Part shown: positions 49,451 through 59,099 of the stretch, in pieces | Position numbering within the stretch: the first letter of the stretch is position 1 | How the letters are laid out: every line of letters begins with the position of its first letter | Source of the DNA: an uncultured Nitrososphaerota archaeon | Lineage (GTDB): Archaea > Thermoproteota > Nitrososphaeria > Nitrososphaerales > Gagatemarchaeaceae | Assembly: GCA_963718895.1 (NCBI GenBank) | Contig: CAVRAG010000007.1 | Location: forward strand, 672,001 to 736,000 | Reading direction: 5' to 3' | DNA length: 64,000 nucleotides | Translations under genes and position numbers: made by a program | Notes under the pieces: generated by a model | What the model was told of the DNA's origin: nothing | Database searches by the model: none | The model's input: only the letters and a program-made list of their open reading frames with translations

Positions 49451-50662
49451 CTATCTTCGCGAACGCGAACCTTTCTCTTTCAGTCTGTTGTATGCCTGGT
49501 TGACACGGCGAAGCGTTGAGGCGTCTGTCGTCCCGTTCGCGACTTCCACATAGACCTTCGCGACCTTGTCAGGATTCTGAGGGTCTCTCCGGAGGACCCT
49601 GCCGAGGCGCTGTTCCGTCCTCGTCAGGCTTCCCGTGTTCGCCATGATGATCTCCCTGCTCGCGTTGGGGACGTTGAACCCGACCTCGAGAGTCCCGACC
49701 GACAGGAGGACGTTGTAGTCCCTGCCAAACCCGTCGACGATCTTCTGCCTCTTCGCCCTGTCGTTTAGCTCGTGGGTGATCATCCTGGCGTGTATCCCCT
49801 TCTCCTCCAGCCTGGCCCTGAGAGTCTCGATGCTCTGGATGGAGAGCGAGAAGACGAGGGTCGGGGCGGAGGGGTCGTTCTCGATTATCTCCAGGGTCCT
49901 CTCCAACTTGGGCGCGGTGTTCGACAGCAGCTGGTTGATCTTCTGCTTCACTATGTGCGCGGCGGTCTGGCCGTAGCGGCCCCTCGCCCTGAACGCCATC
50001 CTGCGGGCGTTGTTGTAGGCCGCCATCATCCTGAGATACTCGAGCATCTCGTCCCGGGGCAGGTCGACGTAGACGGGGATTATCTCCGCCTGAGCCAGCA
50101 TGTGTTTGTCCCTCGCCTGGGCTATGGTCGATTCGAAGACCACGGGGAGTGCCTGCGCCAGCTCGGGGTTCTTCCTCGCCGCCTCGGCGAGCGTCCCGGT
50201 CATCCCGAGCACGTAGCGCGTGGCCGCAGTCTTGCCGAGCAGGTCCGCATACCCCTGCACCAGGAATTGCTCTTCGTCGAACACGACCAGGTCGAAGTCC
50301 CTGATGAGCTGCGGATTGGCGCCGAGCGACTGGTACAAGGTGAGGGTTATCGGGTGCTTGGGTGTCTTCAGCTCCGAGTAGTACTGCCCGACGGTCTCAG
50401 AGGGGATTCCTATCTTCTCCATCTCCTTGAGCCAGGGGTTCTGTATCAGGACTATGCGCGGGACCACGATGAGGGTGTTCGGTCTTCCGAGGCGTTCCCA
50501 GATGGCAAGGGCCAGCAGGGTCTTGCCGATGCCCACGGGTGCCACGATGCTCGCGTGCCGGGTCGGAGAAGCGAGAAAATTCTCGATGGCCGTGTTCTGG
50601 ATCTCGTTCATGACCGGGAAGTTCAAGACGCGCTCGGAAGGAGAGGTCAATTCGCCCGACAC
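49451..50662 (-). CDS. SF2 helicase (XPB/Rad25-like)
   Basis: APVGIGKT, VVFDEEQ, LGMTGT, GFNVPNA and EQRLGRVLR; GTG start about 25 nt after TTAAAG. Confidence 0.88.
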   Translation of the reverse strand: MSGELTSPSERVLNFPVMNEIQNTAIENFLASPTRHASIVAPVGIGKTLLALAIWERLGRPNTLIVVPRIVLIQNPWLKEMEKIGIPSETVGQYYSELKTPKHPITLTLYQSLGANPQLIRDFDLVVFDEEQFLVQGYADLLGKTAATRYVLGMTGTLAEAARKNPELAQALPVVFESTIAQARDKHMLAQAEIIPVYVDLPRDEMLEYLRMMAAYNNARRMAFRARGRYGQTAAHIVKQKINQLLSNTAPKLERTLEIIENDPSAPTLVFSLSIQSIETLRARLEEKGIHARMITHELNDRAKRQKIVDGFGRDYNVLLSVGTLEVGFNVPNASREIIMANTGSLTRTEQRLGRVLRRDPQNPDKVAKVYVEVANGTTDASTLRRVNQAYNRLKEKGSRSRR

Positions 50663-50801
50663 TTCCCAGCCCAGGAACTCGTTCCCTTTAACTCGTCGAA
50701 CCGGCTCACGCCGGCCCTCTTCATTGGTTACCGTGGTCAGGGAGGGGGGCAAGCAAGGAGCTGCAGCACTCGTTAAATAGACATGACGCAACTTCAATCC
50801 C

Positions 50802-51098
50802 ATGAGCACGGCGGACAAGGTAAACAAGAGCGTGAGAGACACGATCAAGAGCGCGGAGGAGTTCATCGAAAGCACTAAGAAGTCTTTGCAGGTGGAACTC
50901 TCCAAGACGACGCCCAAGATAGAGCATTCGTTGGATCAATCGCTGGACCAAGCAGGGCAGGCGCTTACGAAGGCTCTAAAGTCCGTCGAGAAGAAGACGA
51001 GTCGCGAGCAGCTTCAGGTGCTGAACGGATACAGAACATTCCTGCAGGGACAGATCGCGTTCGTCGACGACAGAATCAAGGCGATAAAGAAGAGCTGA
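50802..51098 (+). CDS. Small coiled-coil hypothetical protein
   Basis: Amphipathic helical ORF; TTAAATA about 25 nt upstream. Confidence 0.8.
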   Translation: MSTADKVNKSVRDTIKSAEEFIESTKKSLQVELSKTTPKIEHSLDQSLDQAGQALTKALKSVEKKTSREQLQVLNGYRTFLQGQIAFVDDRIKAIKKS

Positions 51099-51139
51099 CG
51101 CGGTCCGAGCTCTCGCCCACATCCCGGCACTCTAGGCTG

Positions 51140-51480
51140 CATAGCCTCGATGAGGCCGGTCGGGAGGACCTGGACGAGTTGAAAGCTGCTCCCGCCAGCA
51201 AGTTCCTCCATTCGCCCTCGGTTAGCTCCCGGCCACCTAGTACGACCAAACATGTGAAGGTCGAGGAGCTTCAGCGGGCTAGCCTCTTGGCTCTCGGCGA
51301 CGACGCCTTCGACTGGGAGCGGCAGTTCGATTTCAACCACGGATGCGCTGTTGGCCCTATTGCTGTCGCGCGGGTCATTCTAGTGGCAGATGCCTCGTCC
51401 GGGTGGTTCCGATATCGCTCTGCCAGATGCCGGAGAGGTCCTTCGCGTCCACCGCGCGCAGGCCGGGTCTGACCAATCAG
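51140..51480 (-). pseudogene. O-methyltransferase C-terminal relic
   Basis: Frameshift-corrected: KLLDLHM/LVVLGGRELTEGEWRNLLAG/SFQLVQVLPTGLIEA. Confidence 0.7.
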
Positions 51481-51527
51481 CTCGATGCGACCGAGATGAT
51501 GCACACTGGCACCCCACTGTATTCGAC

Positions 51528-51812
51528 CTAGTCCTCTGAAATAGCAACCAGCCAAACTACGGCAACTGCAAGAAACGCGATTCCCGCGAAGAAAAAACTT
51601 CCCGTGAGGAACCAGACGAGAGCCGCGACAACAATCGCAGGTAACAGAACGACCGCAGCGGCGATGAGTACCGCGATGACCAGGATACCTATCACTAGAA
51701 ATACTATGCCGCCAAAGATGTCGGGCAGACCGCTCAGGATTCCCAAAGAGAGGGATGCATTTGAAAACGAATGAGCCAAACTGAGCGGCAAGACATCCAA
51801 AGGGATCAGCAT
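51528..51812 (-). CDS. Small hydrophobic membrane protein
   Basis: Long hydrophobic stretch; TTTAAT upstream. Confidence 0.7.
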   Translation of the reverse strand: MLIPLDVLPLSLAHSFSNASLSLGILSGLPDIFGGIVFLVIGILVIAVLIAAAVVLLPAIVVAALVWFLTGSFFFAGIAFLAVAVVWLVAISED

Positions 51813-52061
51813 GGAACGTCGACCTCGTGACGAGCCCCGATTAAAGAGCGAGACTCTCAACTGTTACCTAGAATTGCAATAGGACATTTCCATCAGATCG
51901 GCGGACCCACTCCCAAATGTCGCCGGGCGGCTTTGGATAACTTCTGCCTCTTCTGTCTCGACATCGAGAAATTCCTTCTCGAACCCTTCTGATATGTTAA
52001 CAGCTCGAGGAGCCCCGAATGCGTTGGCTCATGCGTCTTAGTTGCAGTTTCCTCTTTCGCA

Positions 52062-52220
52062 TCAGTTGCCCTTTTTCTTCTTATGGACAGCGCCAGCGAC
52101 GGTCCTGCCACCCCACGGTCCCTCCTTTCTTGTCACGGCAATATGGATGTATTTTCCACCAGGCATTTTCTTCGTTCTGTAACGAATCACGCCCCTCGCC
52201 TTCTCTTTGCTTGTAGGCAT
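52062..52220 (-). CDS. Small basic protein (52 aa)
   Basis: Manual translation MPTSKEKARGVIRYRTKKMPGGKYIHIAVTRKEGPWGGRTVAGAVHKKKKGN; CTTAAG and GGAGGGG upstream. Confidence 0.7.
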   Translation of the reverse strand: MPTSKEKARGVIRYRTKKMPGGKYIHIAVTRKEGPWGGRTVAGAVHKKKKGN

Positions 52221-52307
52221 ACCCCCTCCGAAGCCCGCTACGCTTCTTAAGGACGATAGAACTTTCTTACGAATGATGGGAAGAGCTTGAGGCTTGTTGG
52301 AGATTCG

Positions 52308-53049
52308 CTACTTGGCCTGAGCAGGTTCGGGCACGGGACTCGTATAGAGGAAGATCTTCCCCACCACGCTCTCTCCTTCCCTGGCGGCGAGCCTGGACGA
52401 GGCCACGTTGGATTCGGCTATCTCGTTGATCAGGGTGTGGACCTTCCTCGACTTGAGGTAGATGAGCCGGGCCTGGAAGTTGTCCCTCATTATCCCCATT
52501 CTCCTGAACCTACGGCTCGACGTAGAGGCCGTGCGACCTCGCCACTCCGCCGACGATGCTCATCCAAGCGATGGCTACGATCCTGTTCTCTAGCTTGACG
52601 ACGAAGCACTTGTCGCCGTTCCTGAGGGCGACCCCGACCCACCCCAGGTTGGTCTCGGGCTGCGTGGCGGCCATGAAGTGCTCTATCTCCCCGGCGTTGT
52701 CGTCTATGCTCACCTGATACCTGAACCTGTGCTCCACCTTGGCCTTGTCGACGTCGAGCTTCCAGATGTTCCAGACTTCTTTGGGGAGCTCTGGCATCTC
52801 GAGCTCTGAGAAGATGTAGCTGGAGGGCTTGAGCCGGTAGAAGTGGTCGAAGACCTCCCTCGATTTCGTGAAGATTGTTCCGGTGGCCTCGTACTCGTCG
52901 TAGATGAATAGGCCGTTCACACCTCCAGTGGCGTCTCTGGAGACGAAGACCTCCCCGCCCACTTCCAGCTCCTCCTTGGCCTCATGATGGAGGATCGGGT
53001 CGAAGAAGGAGAGGCCCTTTGGCAGGTCCAGCTCGCCGACCGTTTTCAC
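52308..53049 (-). CDS. GNAT family N-acetyltransferase, frameshift near 52512
   Basis: HGLYVEP joins RFRRMGIM (acetyl-CoA motif A) across a one-base insertion; NVASSRL..REG motif B. Confidence 0.8.
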
Positions 53050-53126
53050 GCTGGATGCGTCGGGCGTTGTCGCTCATCGGCCCCGGTACCTCTCTATCTG
53101 TTCGCTTGCGCACGACATTCCCATGG

Positions 53127-54359
53127 TCACCAATCGAGAATCGTGAACTCCTTGGTCAGTCTCTCCTCTCCGAGTATGTTGCCTATGACCAGCTCGAGGC
53201 TCTCGGGCCGACGCCGGAGACCGACGACCTGGTCGTCCCTGAGGGCGTCCCTCAGGAGGTACTCGAACTGCGTCTTGCGGTCGGTCGGACGTCCGAACCT
53301 CTTGACCCGCTCCCTCTCTATCTGTTCGTAGGCGTACATGAACTCGTAGAGCGACCGGTAGATCTGGTGCTCCATGTTCTCCTCGAGGTTGAACTCCAGC
53401 TCCGAGCGGTCCCTCCCGCCGATGGTTATCTCCTGGAGCCCCTCCAAGTCAGCCCAGAATATGGTGCCGTCCGGGGCGAGACACTGCGTCCTTGTCGAGC
53501 CAGACGTCGTAAAAGTCGAGCCCGCTGTAGGTGCCGTTGCCGTTGTCTCTCATCGACCTGACGAAGAGAGTGAGGATGGCGATTCCGCTCTTGACGAAGT
53601 TCCGAAGGAAGGACATCGCCTTCTCGTCGCTGTCCAGGCGGAAGAAGTCGAAGAGCTCCCCGGTGTCGTCCCCGATGGTCCAGTCCGAGTGGAAGTATAT
53701 CCTGACGTTGGACGGGATCAGCCTCGCCTCCTGGACCATCTCCTGCTTGAACTTCCTGTACCAGTAGACCTGGACCACCTCGTCCTGTAGCGTCTTGGGC
53801 AGCTTGACTATCTTCACCAGGGGAGCGATCCTGAAGCCGTGGATGGAGGTGGTGCTCGCGTCAGACATCTCGGCCGCCTTCATTGCGATGGTCGCGAACT
53901 CGAGCCCCTGGGATCCGTAGGGGCAGCCCCTCGACCACAGCTCGCCGGTGAGGTACCGTGGGAACCTGCATCTCCTTCTCCCTAGAGTTGAGTATCCTGT
54001 CCCTGACTTCGCCGTTCTTGAGGAGGCCGCAGACCTCCTCCCTCTTGAAGAGCTGGCGGCTGAACGGGCTGGTAGTCGAGCCTATCCCCTTCACAGAGAA
54101 GTAGAAGTCGGTCCCGTCTATGGTCACGCTACGGACGCCTGTCGACCGCGCTCCTGTTGTCGTCGATGAGGAGCTCCCTGCTGCCCACCGGGCCTGCATT
54201 TGGTGAAGGGCTTGACACTCTCGGGGAGGTAGACCTTGTCGAACCCAGGCATCTCGAGAGATCGAAGTGTCTGTTCGTGATCGTGCCGGCGCCTTCGTAT
54301 ACATCGAGAGTGATGGGCACCCCCCTCAGCTCGATGTCTGCGGCCTTGGTCATTCGCAC
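53127..54359 (-). CDS. SelO-like protein-kinase-fold protein, split by about five frameshifts
   Basis: Reconstruction gives SVKGIGSTTSPFSR, EARLIPSNVRI and DVWLDKDAV(L)APDGTIFWADLE. Confidence 0.6.
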
Positions 54360-54387
54360 TGTCAGGTCTTTCCACTCTACCCAGCTG

Positions 54388-55470
54388 CTACTGCCTCGGA
54401 GCCCCGCAGTAGGGGCATCTGTCTGCGGTCGTTGGAATCAGGGTGCCGCAGTACCTGCAATTCGTCTTCGCGACTTCCCTTATCACGACCTGCTCAGGTG
54501 GGTTCGAGCCGAGGTTTACTCCCGATTGCCATGATTGTGGTGGGGGGACCGAGGGAGGCGGAACGGATGGAGGGGCTGGAGGGATCGAGGATGGAGTGGG
54601 GGAGTGCTCTGGAAGCCTCTCCTTCCTGCGCCTGGACCGTGCACCCGCGTAGGCCAGCGCGAGGACCACCACGACCGCAGCCAGCGCGATATACCCAAGG
54701 TCGGTGTAAGAGAGGCCGAGCGGCAGGCCAGTGCCCGAGGTCGTGGGTGGCGGCGTGCTGGCGGTCGCCAGCGGGTAGCTCGCGGTGGTCACGTAGAGGT
54801 CGTCGGTGTAGGTGAAGCTCCCCGACCTGACCCTGGTACTGCCCGTTGTCCTGCTCCACGTAGTTGTAGCCTACGATGAACCCGGTCGCCGGGTCGAAGT
54901 ATTCGTCCCAGGTGTAGGACGCAGAGAAGACACCATAGGAGTCGTTCCGCTGGTACAGGCCCGTGCCCCTCACGTGGATGGTCTGGACGTACTGGTTCTC
55001 CGTAGGGAGCTGGAAGCTGTAGTTCTTCGAGAGCACGGTCATCTGCGTGTTCAGGGAGAAGAAGGGATTCCCGGCGGGAACGGCGGGGTCCATCGCGAAC
55101 CAGACGAAGATAGGTGCAGAGTACCCGACCTGGTTGTCGGTCCCGTTGACGTAGGTGAAGTTCTCGGACGACCACGTGAACGGGCCGGAGTACGAGTTTG
55201 ACGAGGACGCCCCCTGGTTGCTGCTGTAGGTGAAGGAGAGGCCGTACTGGGCGGAGACTACCCCGCCGCTCGCCCCGGTCTCCTGCTCGTTCCCGCTCAC
55301 CTGGGTCTCGTCGGTGTACCCTGAGTACGAGCCCTTGCCGTTGTTGACGGTGATGGTCTCTGAATAGCTGAAGGAGTAGCCGTTCTGCGGAACCAGCGTG
55401 AGCGCTCATGGCCATCGTGCCAAGCAGCAGGATCGCGAGCAGCGGCAGCGACCGCCGCCCTTTTGTTCAA
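54388..55470 (-). CDS. Secreted/membrane-anchored protein with a cytoplasmic Pro-rich linker and zinc ribbon, frameshifted
   Basis: Signal peptide, Tyr/Ser/Thr-rich beta domain, TM, PPPS repeats and CRYC..CPYC; TTG start overlaps the upstream TGA. Confidence 0.75.
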
Positions 55471-57038
55471 CCGGCGAACCCTCCGATTCCGTGGCTGTGA
55501 GCCGGATGGAAGCCGCCCATCCCGCTGAAGGTCGCGTTGTAGGACGAGTGAGCCACTATCACAGGGAAGTTCCACCAGAAGAAGCCAGGATAGGGGCCGT
55601 ATGTGAACTGTACGGGGGTGTCCGTCAGGCTCGCCGTCGAGTCTAACTCCTTCACGATCTCGTTTCTCACTCCGTGGATCATCCTGACCGCGAGGGCGAC
55701 GACCTGTGAACGTTCCAGCCCTCCCACGTAACTCGAGAGCAGCGTGACCGCCTTCTCCATCAGGTCGAGGACCTCGTGGGACTCGAAGACGGGTATCGAC
55801 GACAGCACGGCCGCAGCCACAAGAGGATACTCCAGGTATGTCCTCAGCTGTTCCAGCACGCTCTTCAGCTTCTCCTGGACCTCGTCGGCATCGAGCTCGC
55901 CTATAGCCAGGAAGGCCGACGATATCTCGGTGTCCTCGGACTTCATGAACCCCCAGGAGCTGAAGAGGGCCCTGAACGACTCGAACTTGATGACGAGGTC
56001 GTCGTAGGGGAGGTTCATCACGCCGAGTATCGCCGCCGCGTCGTACGACGAAGTGATCTGGGTGAACTTGATGAGGTTGTCCACCGGATAGGTCCCATCG
56101 TACCTCCTGCCCGCCATCACCGTCGCTGCGACGCCGGCTGACAGCTCCTTTGGGACCCCGTGCTTCCTTATCTCCTCGTCGAGGCTCTTCAGGACCTTCT
56201 CGAGGCTCGCGACCTCCGGGCTGGCGAGCGCCGTGAGTATCTCGGCAGCCATCAGGCTGTTCGTAGTCGTGGAGTGGAGGCCGTGGATGAGGTCGATCGC
56301 CTGGACGACCCTCTGTCCGATCTGCTGGGGGTCTCCCTGGAGCTTGCCCAGGCCCAGCGCCGTTCCCCAGAGCAACGGAGTGCCCCACTCCGGTTCGAGC
56401 TCCAGTGGGTGCTCCTTGTCCGCAATCTCCGGGAGCTTGGCCCTGATGAGGGGCACGTAGAAGCTGGCCCGGTTCGCTATCGAACGGAGCTCGGCGTACA
56501 TCGCCTTGTTCTCGTTCACAAAGTCCGGGAACTCTTCGTCGGCGACCCGGTAGTTCCTCACGTCGAGGTCGTTCAGAATCACGGTCCCGAGCGTCGTGAG
56601 CGAGATGTATCCGCCGCCGTACGCCGCCATGCGGTCGATCAGAGACTTCTCCTGGAGTAGCGCGTTCAGGTTGCCCTCCATCTGCGTCAGCTTGGCGCTC
56701 TCCTCGGCTGCGGTTGCGGTCTCTGCCTGGATCTTCTCCTGCATTGCCTCCTTCTCGTCCTTCGGCGCAAAGTGGAACTTGAACGAGTGCTGCCTGTCCT
56801 GGTCCTGGCCGACGGCACTCTCCGCAATCTCCGCCTGCGGCTTCTCGGCGGCGACATCCATGGCGAGTTGCGAGAGTCTCGATACCTCGGCGACCCCCTT
56901 GTCGTAGTCCTCCTTGCTCGTGCTCATGACATAGCCGTTGGCCGAGAGATACCCTAGGTCGGCGGGAGGGATTGGCGAGATTGGCTGCTTGAGGTAGTTG
57001 ACCTCGGAAAGGAACTCCCTGACTTCGCTACACTTCAA
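55467..57038 (-). CDS. Hypothetical 523-aa protein (coiled coil, helical domain, Gly/His/aromatic tail)
   Basis: Long intact ORF; CTTAAG about 30 nt upstream. Confidence 0.85.
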   Translation of the reverse strand: MKCSEVREFLSEVNYLKQPISPIPPADLGYLSANGYVMSTSKEDYDKGVAEVSRLSQLAMDVAAEKPQAEIAESAVGQDQDRQHSFKFHFAPKDEKEAMQEKIQAETATAAEESAKLTQMEGNLNALLQEKSLIDRMAAYGGGYISLTTLGTVILNDLDVRNYRVADEEFPDFVNENKAMYAELRSIANRASFYVPLIRAKLPEIADKEHPLELEPEWGTPLLWGTALGLGKLQGDPQQIGQRVVQAIDLIHGLHSTTTNSLMAAEILTALASPEVASLEKVLKSLDEEIRKHGVPKELSAGVAATVMAGRRYDGTYPVDNLIKFTQITSSYDAAAILGVMNLPYDDLVIKFESFRALFSSWGFMKSEDTEISSAFLAIGELDADEVQEKLKSVLEQLRTYLEYPLVAAAVLSSIPVFESHEVLDLMEKAVTLLSSYVGGLERSQVVALAVRMIHGVRNEIVKELDSTASLTDTPVQFTYGPYPGFFWWNFPVIVAHSSYNATFSGMGGFHPAHSHGIGGFAG

Positions 57039-57512
57039 TTCCTGACGTCGGTCGCGGGGTCGTTGCTCTTAAGGCGATAGCCGTACCAGTAGGGGGTGCC
57101 CTCGCTAGAGACCAGAAACCCTCGTTCCCCGAGGAGGGAGTCAGAGCCCAATACGAGAGGGTCGAATTTGTCATCTGAAGTGAGGGCTCGACACGTCATC
57201 CGCTGAGGGACCCTGAACCGAGGCGTTCAGTCCTCTTGTGGCTGGTTTCAGTCTGCATGATCCTGTCGGAAGCGCAAACCGAGTCCCGCATAGATAATGG
57301 TTACCTTCAGTCCAAGTTTGGTAAGAGTGAGGGCGTTCCCTGATTGCTCGGCGAGAGCGAACTTTCCATGGACCATTTGTCTCAGTTACTTGTTCGAGTA
57401 GCCATTCTGGGAGAATCGTCTCTTTGCCGCCTTCCCCTCCGGAATCACGACTTGTCGGAGCGAAGATGTTTCCTGAAACCTTTAAATAAAGAATATGGGT
57501 CAATAATCATCG

Positions 57513-59072
57513 TTGGCAACTGCTCGGAAGCCGAAGCAGAAACCTAAGGTCAAGAGCAAAATCTCAAGGTCCGACGTCCTTGCACCTGTTCCCACGAAGA
57601 TCAATAGGAGACAGGCCATTAGCACGGTTGGAAAGGTCGCCATAGCCGCCGGCGCGGTCATAGTGATTGGCGGAGTTGCGTATTATGTGAGCAGTAGCTC
57701 GAACAACACACCAACTTCCACCTCGACTCCTATGACCTCGAGCACAACGTCCGTTGCTTCTTCAACAAGCACTACATCCCAAGTCGCTTCAACAAGCGCT
57801 GCTTCTAGCTTTCCGTCGGTGATAACCATTGGTGCCCCATTTCCACTCTCTGGCGCCGAGGCAAGCATAGGAAATGACAGCAAGACCATGGTGAACCTGT
57901 ACGTTAACTACATCAACAACAATGGTGGGATAAAATCCATGAATGGCGCAAAGTTAAACGTCGTCTTTGTGGACAATCAAGGGGACCCCAACGTGGGGGT
58001 CACGGAAACGGAGGTCCTGATCAACCAGAACAAGGTTTCGGCGCTTCAGAACGGCTTCCTGAGCGGGGTTGTCCTCACCGAGAGCCAAGTGTCAGAGAAC
58101 GCCGGCGTGCCTATGGTCACTGGATCCTCATCGAATCCCTCGTTGACGCAGAGAGGCTACTCGCACTTCTTCAGGTGCTGGATGGCGGACAACGTACTCG
58201 CGGCGCAGCAGGTTGCCTTCTTGCAGACGATGATGGCTGCGAATCCGTCCGTAACGGTAAAGAACGTCGCCATCCTGAATGACAATACCCTGTTCGGAAC
58301 CGGAGTCGGGTCATATGTCGAGCAGGCCATTGGGGCGCTCGCGGGAAGCCCGTTCAACATCGTAGCTAACATCACTTATCCTGCTAATCCGGCCGATATG
58401 ACGAGCGAAGTAGAGCAACTTGCGAGCGCTAACGCCGACGTGCTCTTCACAGGCATAAGCTCAACAGGAGATGCCATCTTGTCCCAGGAGACCTTTAAGA
58501 AGTATAACGTGGACTTCAAGGCCACGTTCAGCGCTTCTGGGCACATCAACCCTCCCTATCTGGCGATAGGGACCGACGCATACTACCCCATCTGCAGAGT
58601 GCCGTGGTCGACCGACCTGCTCGTAACGAAGCCGTGGGAACAGCAGTGGGCTACCATGTTCCAGCAAGCTTCAGGCGGGACCCAATTCTACACCTATCCC
58701 GCCGACAGCTGGACCTGCCTCAACGTCATCCGAAACGCCCTGGAGACCGCAGCCAGTGCCGATCCCGAAAAGATAACGGCCGCGCTCAAAGCGACAAACC
58801 TCGGACCAGACGACTGCATGGAGGGTTACTCCGGCGTAAAGTTTGACGCCACCGGGCAGAACACTCTCGCCGTCCCGCTTCACGTGCAGCTAATGCCCGA
58901 CCAACTCTGGCACGTGGTGTCTCCGGCCAATATCGCAAGCTATCAGTACGTCTTCCCACAGCCGACTTGGAAACAGCGGGCAGCAGGACAATGGCCGCCG
59001 ATGGTCACCGTCAACGGGTACACCGAGACCAACACCGAAGTCCTCACAACCACGTCGAGTTCCCACTCCTAG
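57513..59072 (+). CDS. Branched-chain amino acid-type ABC transporter substrate-binding protein
   Basis: RR motif plus TM, S/T linker, IGAPFPLSG and INNNGGI motifs. Confidence 0.9.
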   Translation: MATARKPKQKPKVKSKISRSDVLAPVPTKINRRQAISTVGKVAIAAGAVIVIGGVAYYVSSSSNNTPTSTSTPMTSSTTSVASSTSTTSQVASTSAASSFPSVITIGAPFPLSGAEASIGNDSKTMVNLYVNYINNNGGIKSMNGAKLNVVFVDNQGDPNVGVTETEVLINQNKVSALQNGFLSGVVLTESQVSENAGVPMVTGSSSNPSLTQRGYSHFFRCWMADNVLAAQQVAFLQTMMAANPSVTVKNVAILNDNTLFGTGVGSYVEQAIGALAGSPFNIVANITYPANPADMTSEVEQLASANADVLFTGISSTGDAILSQETFKKYNVDFKATFSASGHINPPYLAIGTDAYYPICRVPWSTDLLVTKPWEQQWATMFQQASGGTQFYTYPADSWTCLNVIRNALETAASADPEKITAALKATNLGPDDCMEGYSGVKFDATGQNTLAVPLHVQLMPDQLWHVVSPANIASYQYVFPQPTWKQRAAGQWPPMVTVNGYTETNTEVLTTTSSSHS

Positions 59073-59099
59073 TCCCCGGCAAGGCAGGGCCTGGAGCAA

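Noticed and set aside
49451-50917. Helicase with an N-terminal TM extension
   Set aside because: The extension overlaps the divergent 50802 gene and its promoter; the start at 50662 fits the TATA spacing
43900-52300. Integrated provirus or plasmid spanning parB, vapBC and the helicase
   Set aside because: No integrase, att repeats or structural genes were seen, and the housekeeping gene tbp sits in the middle
52510-52512. TAG as pyrrolysine or readthrough in the GNAT gene
   Set aside because: The downstream part is in a different frame, so this is a one-base insertion and not an in-frame stop
57060-57500. 440-bp gap as an ncRNA (SRP, RNase P, tRNA) or the 110-aa ORF
   Set aside because: No SRP helix 8, RNase P P4 or tRNA T-loop/cloverleaf signature is visible; the ORF has only a weak IRERPHSYQTWTE similarity to a Myb-like motif
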